Below are positions 1-11,000 of a stretch of DNA of 64,000 bases, piece after piece. Where the stretch lies: assembly GCA_965153285.1 (NCBI GenBank), contig OZ229110.1. The stretch is one strand, 5' to 3'. A program made the translations under genes and the position numbers. Each line of letters begins with the position of its first letter. The stretch's first letter is position 1. The notes beneath the pieces are model-generated. The model was not told the origin of the DNA. It searched no databases and saw only the letters and a program-made list of their open reading frames with translations. Origin of the DNA: Podarcis tiliguerta. Taxonomy: Eukaryota.

Positions 1-296
1 AGATTTTCTTAACATCATAACTGAAAAACATTTGCATCTCATTAAAGCATCAGCAATAAAATGAAAAGGACCCCACCCCCTTGGCCTATGTATGAATATG
101 GCTGATACAGTGAATCAGGGAATTTGAATACTTAATTACATTCCCTTGGTATAATAAGGTCCATGCTTTGTAGTCCTGTCTTATTTAACCATTATGTCTA
201 TGCTGTAAATAGTTCCATGCATTAACATACCTGTGCTTTATTTATTTCGGTTTTATTTTATGCCTGTTTGACAGTGATCTATAATTTTATATGGAC

Positions 297-431
297 CATG
301 GGTGTTGCTGCGGGGGGAGGGGGCAGCTTCTCCCCAATCAAGTAAATCTATAAAAATACTTAACTAACTGAGGTTCTGCCCTCCCCAACAAAAAGCCTGC
401 CCTCCTGACACAAATCCTGGCTATGCCCAGG
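297..431. mobile_element. hAT-type non-autonomous element (MITE)
   Basis: Degenerate TIRs (CATGGGTGTTGC / GCTATGCCCAGG) with perfect 8-bp TSD ATATGGAC (289-296, 432-439). Confidence 0.75.
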
Positions 432-3400
432 ATATGGACTAATGTATATTGTCATCAGATCTTGTTTGATAGCACTATGTTTTGCAGAATATTGCATAAG
501 ATTTTTTTGAAATTAAGAAACATTATTAAAAATAAAACATAAACATAAACAAATATTTACAGTTTTAATGTGCCTGCAAAGCAAGATAAAGCATGAAACA
601 TTACAGATACCCGTGCAGACAAGTGATAATACCCTTGATATCCTTAAGTAATTCCTTAATTGTAACTTATGCTTTTAGAGAAGGAGCGTTACAGAAGCAA
701 GAATGGCGTGATCTGATATAAAACAAATCTTACTATCTGTATTCTGTAAGTAATAGTGAACTAATTCTTTGAATTTGGAAACAATCAAAACAGTCCATCT
801 GTGCATAAGTGGGAGACTAGGAGCAAAGTACCAAGGGTCACAAAAAAATACAAAAACAAAAATTAGGGAGGGAAATATAAGGAATGGGGATAACAGGCCA
901 GTGAGGGCTAAGCATGCTTAGTGGACACTTAGGGTGATAAAAGATCCAACCAAATCAATAGACTAAGTATTAATTTTAATGGGTCTATTCTGACTATGAC
1001 CTTATATGCTCACTGTTGGTATAAAGGGGTGGGAAATGGAAATGACTAACCTGAAAAAAGGCATGTTTGGTTGTGGGGAACCCTGAACAGGACTAATCTA
1101 TACGAGAGCTGGGCCAAAATTTGCCTTCCATTTTGCAATACCATGCAACTCCTTGTTAATTGGAGAGTGACTGTCTGCAGTTTTCTACTATACAGTGAGA
1201 ATTGCAGGGAGGGAGAGAAAAAATTGGGGGTGGGGGACTGCATTTGCCTTATTTTACTGATCAAGGTGGCTCAGGGATTTTTTATTATTCTTTAAACACT
1301 GTGTAAGTAAAAGTCTTGTGTGTGTGCTCACAGCAGTACAAAGCTGTCTCCATGCTGGCTTCCAGCCCAGCAGCACTTCCTGGAATACCTATGTCACTAC
1401 TACGCAACAGCCTTTAGTCACACAGGCACCCCAGGAGGTGCTGCTGGGCTGGTAGTCAGCAAAGATAGAGATGTGGGCTGCTGTGAATGTGTGTGAACAG
1501 GATTTTACTTGCTTTTTATGTACACAATGTGGAAATAAAAATATCCCCTCTACCCCAGCTACCACATACAGCGAAATAGGGTAAGCACAGCCCCCTGCCC
1601 CTGAGAAACAACAAAAAACATTCTCCCAATTTCATTTGCACTCCACCATTTTCAAGGGAATGCTCAGCTTGGGTCCTATTTCTTGTGTTATCATGGGGGC
1701 ATTGGGAGAGAAGCATTAAACCGTGGAGGATCTTGGGATCCTCAAATTTCAGTGGCGCCCTGTGCAACGCTAAAATTTAGCACCCCTCTGCCTCTTGCGC
1801 TTATTTCTAAATCAAAGAAGCGACGTCCCCATTAGCACTCCTGGGGCAACCAAACTGGTTGTGCTCCCCTAAATACGCCTCTGCATTAAACTCCCTCTGC
1901 TCATTCACCACAATCCTGATCCTGATTTGGCATCTGAGCAGCTGCTACTGATAGTTTACATATACACATAACATGAAACCATGTATTTAGCATCTGTTGT
2001 GGTTTGGCCCTAAATGTGCAAAAAGACTGTATTGAAAATAAATCCCTCAAGAAAATGGGCAGTAATCTATTGTTTTTCAGTGTGCATTTGGAGACTGAAA
2101 ATCAAATAGAACAGATAACATGACTAGCAAGATAGATATCATAAACGGGGAGGAAAGTGAAAAAGCTAGGAGGGTGGCACACGGCATGTGTTAAGAAAGC
2201 CTACACTTGAAACATGCAGAAGAGTAAAAAGCAACAACCCACCAACATGTTATGCCTCACATCGAATCTAAAAGGTTCAGATTCAGCTGAGGATTCAGCT
2301 GCCAGTCAGAATTTGACTTTTTAAAAAAGGGCACCTGAAGCAAAATGGAAAATGTTATTTGGATCCTATTGAATTGAAAGTAGTAACAAAATTCAGTACC
2401 AAATTCAGCACCATCAATTACAAGGTTACAAGTAATGTTGCAAGTGGGGGGAAAGGTAATAATGGTCTTTAATGGAGTGTAAAATGGAGACAAGCTGCAG
2501 TATTATAGCTTATGTCAGAAGGGGTGTTATACAACAGAAAACATTATGATCTGAGGGAGAGTGTCTCAATTTATCATCGCAGGCTGGGGTTTTCAGAGGA
2601 ATCTAATTGAAATCTGATGATGTAATCGGATCATTGCTTCAAGGCCCATTCATTTCACTGAGACTCTAAGACAGTTTATACTTTTAGCAGAAAGTAATGG
2701 AAAAGTTTTTCCTGGACTGTACCATTCTGTGCTGAGGGGGCATGCTTCGTGTTTGAATGGCTCCCTGCTCCCTTCAAAAGCAGCAGCAACAACCACCTTA
2801 GTGCACACAGAAAAAGAGTATGGGGAGAAAGATACCGGTAGATTGAACTCTTGTCTCTGACATGCTCAAGGACTACTCTAATTGTTGCACACCTGCTCAT
2901 TCAAGGGAATACAATGAATCTCTATAGAGGCATGGTATGAAATGTTGTGGTCCTAGGTGGTTTCTGAGAAGCTGACCACTGAAGTGAAATTATTTAGGGG
3001 GGAAATAAAAAAAGACCAAATTTTACACTATTTGTCTGATTTGCTCAATAATACAGCAAAATTGGAAGATCTGAACAGAATACCAGCATGGTATACACTT
3101 ATACAGAATCAATAATTGCATCTTCTCTTCAGAGTCTGGATACATTTGATGGTCACAATGAGTTATGATTTATTATATGTTTCTGTGAAGGACTAGACAT
3201 ATAATCTATCTTTTACTAATATTTGTAATTATGATTAATGAATGTAATATAATAAGCGGTCCTGGGAATTTGTTTCTTCTAGTGTTTGGAATTATATATC
3301 TTTTGTTTCATTCCATAAAGTTTCTTTTGCAAATTGTTTTTTTTAAAAAAACGTATCCAGAACACCAACCTGTGAACCAACAAACCAAGTGCCTCCATCT

Positions 3401-4151
3401 TGTTAGGATTCAGCTTCAGTTCATGTGCCTTTCTTTAACCTTCCAACCAATCAACCAACCAACCACGTCAGAGCTGTGTTGCTTTCCACACAGGCCTATA
3501 GCCACATACACAGTCATCACTGGAAACTTCCAGGAAACAGCAGTACATGCTGGTAGTAATTGGAGTGACAAATATGCATACAGTGTCAATATTCTTTTCA
3601 GCAAGTGATAAGTATCTATGTTGCCACACCAAGAACTTTACAAGAACAGTTCCCTACTGGCGTACAGGTTCAGAAGATATAAATACTATAGATGATAAGA
3701 ATTACATTCATATTGTACCTCTGGAAAGTAAATAGTACAGCATGGGTGTAATCATTGGCTTCATGCATGTTGAGATTACTTGTGGTCTAGAACTCAATGG
3801 GATACAGGATTTATTAGGATTTTTGTTGCATCTGTCCAAAAGCATAGAAGGAGTGTTGTGCCTTCTTGAATTTCCTTTCCTTCCCCCCAGTTTTGCTTCA
3901 TCTCACAAAATAAATATGATCTTTTAAAAATTGTGAATATAGCCCAAATGCTGCCATATTGACTAAATATAGAGAGGCGGGAGAAGCAAAAAGCTGAGAT
4001 ATCTGAGGAGATCAAGGATTCTTAAAAATCAAAGTTTGGGACTTACCAATTTATTAATAAATAAGTTAATAAGAAAATAACTTTTGATATATTTCTATTT
4101 CACCGTAAAATATTTCTTTTTGTTTAATGAAACATATAGCATGGCATAAAG

Positions 4152-4356
4152 CAGAGCTTTCAAAACTTTTCATGTTGGTGACACATTTTTTAGACATGCA
4201 TCATTTCATGACACAATTATTTAGTTTTACTAGCAAACCGGAGGTTACAATGACTCCTTTCCAGCCCTGGGAGAAGCGCGGGAGCATTTTTGTGACATAG
4301 CTACACACTGCAGCTGACACAGTAACGTGTCGCGACACACAGTTTGGAAAGCTCTG
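4152..4356. mobile_element. hAT-type MITE
   Basis: TIRs CAGAGCTTTCAAAACT / AGTTTGGAAAGCTCTG; 8-bp TSD GCATAAAG/ACATAAAG. Confidence 0.8.
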
Positions 4357-5600
4357 ACATAAAGTCTGTGACTGGGTCCTAAAGGGCTACACATGCTGTT
4401 CTGCATTTGCACTGGGAGCATTTCCACCTCCTCTTCCTCTTTCTATTTGTATGTTACTTTTTGACAAAATAGTGCCCAAATGGTGTCAAATTGGCTCACA
4501 GCACATCAGATGAACAGTAAGTTTTTAAAAAATTAAAATTTCCACTCCCTTCCCACATAGCCTCTTTAGGATTTAGTCCCCCTGCCCCACTGCACAACTG
4601 CCCAGTCCAAATCAAGTCCCTGTGACTGCTTGTGGGGCAGGGGAGATGATACGAGACAATGCAGTCATAGATCTCCCTGGTGACTCCCATGTAGTTTGAA
4701 CCTTAGTACCAGATGTCAGGAGCAAACTTTTCTTCACCTGTTTGTTAGCAAATAAGCACCTCTTTGTCCTCTTTTTTTGGCAATGCATAAGTGGTCTTCC
4801 TATTCTTTAGAAATGTTCAAAGCCTTTACGGCAGGCATGGGGAACGTATGACCCTTCAGATGGTGAACTTTAATTCCCTGCATCCTTGACTATTGGCCAT
4901 GTTTGTTGTAGTTAGGGCATATATGGTAAACCCTCGTAGCTGCAATTTAGGTAGGTAGTTAGGCAGGCAGGTGGATAGTTCATTGCCCATTGTTCAGGAC
5001 AAGAGGAGCAACGATCTGAAGTAGTCATGGTTAAATAGCTGTTAGAAGGGGGGGGGCTGCTGGTGCTTTAAGGATGACAAGAAACCATCTTTATTTACTT
5101 AAGGAGGCTTCTTTGTAAGGCACAGCAATCCTTTTGATCTCATTAATCCATAAAGCAATATTGCTTGTGAGTTCTGAAAATATATTCAAAGAAAAAAAGG
5201 GGAAAGTGTCTAAAAGGTGTGTGGGAGAGAAAGAACTCTCTCTAAAGACAGCAATTGATTCTCAGACAACGAATTTCACAGCTGAGCTGAAAATAACCAA
5301 TTTCTAGAACAGTCAATAGGCAATACCAGGCTCCCAAAAGTATTTGAGCAAATAGGTCTGTTTGCTCAAATTCCTTTATTCTCAAACACCTCCATTTTCA
5401 GATAGTATTATTTGGTTTTTCTACTTGACTATGAATTCTGGAGAGCATTTGAGAAATAGCTGCTGTGCAGATGTGTAGAAGCCCTCATCCTCATCATCTC
5501 TTATGATAGTGCGTTCTGATATTTGCTTTCACATTGAGTAAAGAAAATAATTTCTTAGAACTGTCAGTCCTGCTAGGACACAAAGCAGACAAGTATCTGT

Positions 5601-5604
5601 TAAT

Positions 5605-5646
<42 letters not shown>

Positions 5647-5720
5647 AATAATAATAATTTATTATTTATACCCCACCCACCTGGCTGAGTTTCCCCAGCC
5701 ACTCTGGGCAGCTTCCAATT
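5601..5720 (-). mobile_element. Retroelement (L2-type) 3' tail with compound (AAC)n(AAT)n microsatellite
   Basis: Microsatellite 5601-5657 abuts 'ataccccaccc...cagccactctgggcagcttcc', the reverse of a lizard L2-type 3' end. Confidence 0.55.
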
Positions 5721-5749
5721 GAGTGTTAAAAACAATACAGCATACATTG

Positions 5750-5935
5750 CAGGACATAGGAAGCTGCCTTAGACCACTGGCCTATTCTAGCTCAATATTG
5801 TCTACAGTGATTGGCAGCTGTCATCCAGAGTTTCAGCCAGGATTCTGCCCCCCTCCCCCAACTGGAGATGCCAGGGATGAACTTGGGACCTTCTGCATGC
5901 AAAACGTGGGCTCTATAACCAAACTGTGACCCTTC
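5750..5935 (-). mobile_element. tRNA-derived SINE (Squam3-like), degraded
   Basis: Reverse strand resembles a tRNA-Ala head (TGCATGCAGAAGGTCCCAAGTTCATCCCTGGCATCTCCA); related copies near 20105-20290, 52215-52400 and 54365-54520. Boundaries approximate. Confidence 0.55.
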
Positions 5936-6351
5936 TCCATTTTAGTGCAGCAAACAAGTCCTGCTTCTGAAAGGTCTACTTGTAGGCAAACTTTGCTTAC
6001 CTCCAGTCAGAAAACAACATTAGGCAATGACTATTTAACTGTGCCTTGATCAGACATTCTCAGGAACATTCTCCTACTTCACATCATCAAACAGAAAAAC
6101 ACTGACAAATGATCAAGCCATCCTCGTAGGCTATGGATTGTAAGCTATCCCGTTCCACTTGCATCGGTGGCATCACAGAATAATACATTGGGAGGTGTCA
6201 GCAGTGATTGGCAGGGAGCACAGGCAGCACAGTATCACACACCTGATTTCCTGACACCATTTTTTTTGAAGAAGAGGATGGGTGAGACATGGGGAGTATG
6301 CACAATGACAGAGCCAATTCAATGCTGCAGCCACAATGGCCACACTGCACT

Positions 6352-6915
6352 GATCTTGGTCATTCTCCTCTGCACACGTTCCAGCTTGTCAGTATCCTTC
6401 TTAAACTGTGGTACCCAGAACTGGCCACAGGACTGCAGGTGGGGTCTGACTAAGGAAGAATAGAGCAGTACTATTATTTTCCTTGATCTGGACACTATAC
6501 CTTTGTTGATGCAGCATAAAATAGCATCAACTTTTTTGCTGCTGCATTGCACTGCTGACTCATGCTACGCTTATGGTCTACTAAGACCATCCTTTTCACA
6601 TGTATTATTGCCAAGTTGGGCGTCACCGATCCTATATTTGTGCATCTGGTTATTCCTGCCTAAGTGCAGAACCTTACATTTGTCCCTACATTTTGTTAGT
6701 TTTGCTCCAGTTCTCCAATCTGTTAAGATCATATTGAATCCTGATTCTATGTCTTGAGGTATTAGCTACCTAAATTTGATAGGAAGGTCCACCTCAGTTC
6801 CTTCATCCAAGTCATTTGCAAGGATATTGAACAACACCAGGCCCAGAACAGAACCATGCAGCACCCCACTTGTCACTTTTTTCCAGGACGTCAAGGAATC
6901 ATTTGTGAGCACGCG
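6352..6915 (-). mobile_element. CR1 LINE ORF2 (RT/C-terminal) fragment
   Basis: ORF 6319-6552: AILCCINKGIVSRSRKIIVLLYSSLVRPHL...FWVPQFKKDTDKLERVQRR, typical of the CR1 ORF2 C-terminus. Confidence 0.85.
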
Positions 6916-7049
6916 TCAGGTTCACTGTTTCGAGAGTCACTTCTGGCTCTCCTCTTGTTATCAGCCCCTTACAGAGGATTTATCCAGAAGCACAATGGCT
7001 GCTAGCCATGACAGTTATGTTCAACATCCACTGTTAGATGTGGCATGCC

Positions 7050-7203
7050 TCTGAATACTTGTTGCTGGAAACTGCAGGAGGGGAGAGTGCTATTGTGCTT
7101 GGATCCTGCAGGCTTCCCACAGGCATCTGGTCAGCCACTATGAGAACAAGATGATGCACTAAGGTGGGCCATTGGCCTGATTCAGCAGCCTCATTGTATG
7201 TTC
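7050..7203 (+). mobile_element. Retroelement 3' end (CR1-like tail)
   Basis: GGCATCTGGTCAGCCACTATGAGAACA...GGGCCATTGGCCTGATTCAGCAG...ATGTTC; a similar copy lies at ~32113-32192. Confidence 0.5.
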
Positions 7204-7211
7204 AGAATGTT

Positions 7212-7474
7212 GTTGTTGTTTAGTCGTTTAGTCCTGTCCGACTCTTCGTGACCCCATGGACCAGAGCACGCCAGGCACTCCTGTCTTCCACTGCCTCCCG
7301 CAGTCTGGTCAAACTCATGCTGGTAGCTTTGAGAACACTATCCAACCATCTCATCCTCTGTCGTCCCCTTCTCCTTGTGCCCTCCATCTTTCCCAACATC
7401 AGGGTCTTTTCCAGGGAGTCTTCTCTTCTCATGAGGTGGCCAAAGTACTGGAGCCTCAGCTTCACGATCTGTCC
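7212..7474 (-). mobile_element. RTE/BovB LINE, 5'-truncated
   Basis: KLRLQYFGHLMRREDSLEKTLMLGKMEGTRRRGRQRMRWLD...VHGVTKSRT (BovB ORF end), (CAA)n tail, TSD TTCAGAATGTT (7201-7211, 7475-7485). Confidence 0.92.
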
Positions 7475-7924
7475 TTCAGAATGTTCAGAATAGAAGGTCT
7501 CAAATTATCATAGTTTTTCATACCTCAAAAAGCTTTCACTCCTTCTCAGCACTAACAAGGAAAAGAGGCGTTTGCCACACTAGATGGGCATCACTTAACA
7601 CAGTAACCAGAATATTAAACAGTGACCTGCCTGTCACTCAGAAAACCACAGATTGACTCAAAAGCTCCTTGATTTTTGTTCCAGGATCTTCAATGGCATT
7701 TGCTGGGGAAGAAATATTACCTTTTTGCTATTCATTTCTAATTTCCTTTATTAGATGGAACCTTGACAAAAAAAAATATACCTCCCAAAAGGCAAACATG
7801 CTCGGCCAGTCATCAAGGAACTGAAAGCGCATCCTCTATTTACCCCTGTATCTGCTAAGATCCTCACAGCCCCACCTTGTTAGACCATGTCAAACAAGCT
7901 GGGAAAATAGACAGAACCTCCTGC

Positions 7925-7931
7925 TATATAA
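7925..7931 (+). promoter_or_regulatory. TATA box of the mucin gene
   Basis: TATATAA ~80 bp upstream of the ATG at 8008; FOXA-type motifs GCAAACA (7792-7798) and TATTTAC (7837-7843) just upstream. Confidence 0.7.
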
Positions 7932-8007
7932 GCCTCTGAGAGTGCAAGTGAACTAGTCCTTCTGGCCAGAAGCGGGCTGAGTACCTTAACACCGAACTCC
8001 ATCCAGT

Positions 8008-8080
8008 ATGGGGTTTGGTAGAGGGATGAGGGTGCCATTATGGGCCCTAGCATTCATGATCTGCAGCATCCAACAGAAAG
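8008..8080 (+). CDS. MUC5B: Exon 1, signal peptide [24 protein letters not shown]
   Basis: ATG after TATA, hydrophobic core LWALAFMIC, donor AAG|gtaaaa, phase 1. Confidence 0.85.
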
Positions 8081-11000
8081 GTAAAAGCTCATTTCCTTTG
8101 CTTCTTTTACAAGAAAAAAAGTGCCAATGTAATTGAATATCTCAATTCACTCAAATTATACCTCATTCTATTTTGTGAGTCATGCAAATGTTTGAATTTC
8201 AAAGAGTTTTTCACCCTTTTAATACTGTTTCAGTTAAATGTTTAACAATTCCGAATAAACTGGGGTATTTTAATATTGTACTTCCTGAAGCGAAAACATT
8301 TAGTGACATCTTAATGTGGATTGAATGGGGATCAAATAGAAAAGTACAATTTGGGCCTCTCCTTGAAAAGTTATGAAAAGTATGAAATGCATGTTTCCTG
8401 GTTAGAAGTCTGTCAGAATACTAACATACTAACATTTTAAAGTTGCATATTACTGTATTCACTTGAATCTATTGCTCACCTTTTTGGGCCAAATTATGTT
8501 GTGAAAATGAAGGTGTGCATTAGATTTGATGGCACATTTACATTCGACAGCAAATACTTTTTTGGGTTTCAAGGTTCTGAAAATTGAGTTTGCATTAGAT
8601 TCGATGGTGCATTAGACTCTAGTAAATACAGAAGTATGTACAGCAGCTAAACTCCAAAAAAGATAGACAAAGGGGGGGGGGGCATCACTTTGCATTATCC
8701 CTCCATAGCCTTGTTCATATGAATGTATCTGATGTGTAAATTCTAGTGTGTGTATGTGTTATTTTTCAACAAAGTAGCTCCCAAATGCAAAATCCAAATG
8801 TTACCACCCCAGAAAAAAAGCACTGAGGTGATCCCTAATTTACAAACAAGTCTGGGAATTGCTTACTGAAGACCCACAAGTCTTCAGGCCTGAGCTTATC
8901 TTTTAATCAGGTCCCTCATTCTGCTTCCTGAACTACATTGGCTAAGAGGCAGGACAGAAAAGGAACAAAAATTCCCTCTATACAGGGCAGCCGGGGAGAA
9001 GAATTAAAACTCTTGCTTAATAATAATAATAATAATAATAAAAAATTTTATTTATATCCCGCCCTCCCCAGCCGAAGCCGGGCTCAGGGCGGCTAACAAC
9101 AATCAAATAATCAAACAATCAAATAATCCAACATTCTAAAAACATTTCATTATAAAAATTAATTAAAATCAAATTGATGGCAACCGTTAAGCAAAATTCT
9201 GTGCAGGTTGCCAGAGGAGGGAGTCAGGCTGCACCCTGACCAAAGGCCTGGTGGAACAACTCTGTCTTGCAGGCCCTGCGGAAAGATGTCAGGTCCAAAT
9301 AGTACCAAATGTTATCGGTTTCATTGTATGTTAAAGGGTACTAGAGTCTCATTTGAATCAGGAAGCATTACTGATGCCATGTGAATTGCATCCTGGGATG
9401 CGGTTGATTGGTACAGTTCCTTACTAGGATTTAAGCCGAAACCTGTATTCAGTGCCAAAGTTCAGCACTGGAAAATGTGAAATAGAAACGAAGAAGAAAT
9501 GACAAATGGTGTTGAATCTCAACCAACCCAGCTGACATAAATGAGGGGTAAGGCTTTTTCAGGGCAGGTGTGAGATTTCTAGGCAGGGATTAACATTTTA
9601 GGTCATCATCACTACCATCATCATCATCCAAGAGCATTATTTTGGAAGCAGATTCCATTAAAATCAATAGTGCTTGCTATCAATAGGACTTGAGTGCTGG
9701 GTATTGAGAGGTCTTGTGCCAGGTTCACTCCTTTTTATTATAGCCAAAGCCTCTTATCACAGTACAATTTTCCATTTACCTTCAATGAGGGACTCTTTCT
9801 TTGGGTTTTTATCTATGTTTGTCTAATTTTATACCATCAATTAAACCCCCACAGATATCTGTGAGATATATAGCAAACTATCTTTAGTTAGATTGTGCCC
9901 CAAACCTTCCATCTGAAGACACTGAAGGCAGGCCCAGCAACAGCAATCGGCCAGATCAGGCATTCCTCATTGGCCAAACCCAAACCATTAATTGTGTCCT
10001 CTCCTGGACTCTTGGAAGTTTTAGAGCAGTGGATGGCAATGTATCTAATAATACCTGTTGCAGTAACATCCTCCAGAGCCAAGATGTATCAGAGCCCATC
10101 AATATTTTGGATGATAAAGATTTGAAAGATTGATTAACTTTGGCTGGATTGTGCCCATTCACGATATCTGTTAGTTTGATATACAAACTTAAAGGAAAAT
10201 ACATATTTATAATTTCACTGAAATTGAGAACCACTGTCAGCAGCTGGTATAGTTAGAGTATCCACCAATTTCAGTCATGCATATTCTACACTTCGTGGTG
10301 AGTGTGCTCTTATAAGAGTTTCACACACTGCTTTTCGATTGCCAACTTTTGGATTGCTATCTTCCACCATGGGCTTTCTGCACACTGGTGCAAAAGCACA
10401 ATCATAGCATTTACCAGGCCCTGAAAGTTGAGATTATGGCTTTAACTGTTTAAAGAATGCACACAAATGAACATACATACAAATTATGGTTTTTCTGTTC
10501 CCTTTGTTTGTAGCTTCTAGTGCAGAAGGTGAATCGGGAAAGGTTACCATCATCCCACCATTGACAACAACACCAGTTATAACATGTAAGTCTACCCATA
10601 AACTGTCTCAGTTATTTCCTTGTATCTATCAGATATACTCATAAGAAAGGCAAAATGGATAAGGTCAAGAAACAGATGAATAGATGGGTAGATGATTCAA
10701 CAGGTAAGTAACAGAACAAACATCTTGGCAAATTTGAAAAAAAAAGCAATGCATTCTCTTTCTATGCAGGGCCCTCCCTGGGACTGTACTCCTGGCACCC
10801 CTCTTATGGGTTTTTGGTGCCAAGTAAAAATGGTTTTATTTACTCAGGTATTTTATTGTGGCATATTGCCGGAGGTGAGGGCGTTTGCTGCTGCTTTTAA
10901 ATTTCAGATTTTATCTGCGCTGTTTTATTTGTTGCAGTGCTATTTTTACTCTTCTTGTTGCTTTTATCTTGGCTTTATTACTTGCTCATTTTGTTTAGTT

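Noticed and set aside
5860-5935. tRNA gene-like sequences (also in the Sauria SINE heads)
   Set aside because: Degenerate SINE heads attached to SINE bodies, not functional tRNA genes.
1-7000. Short ORFs in the upstream region as a neighbouring gene
   Set aside because: No recognisable domains or exon chain; the only recognisable coding remnants are LINE fragments.
9602-9690. His-rich stretch after a tag acceptor
   Set aside because: A (CAT)n microsatellite; the frame hits a stop with no good donor.
9855-9860. Possible 6-nt microexon (acag|ATATCT|gtgaga)
   Set aside because: Phase-compatible but weak donor and no supporting homology; 10241-10297 is a better exon 2.
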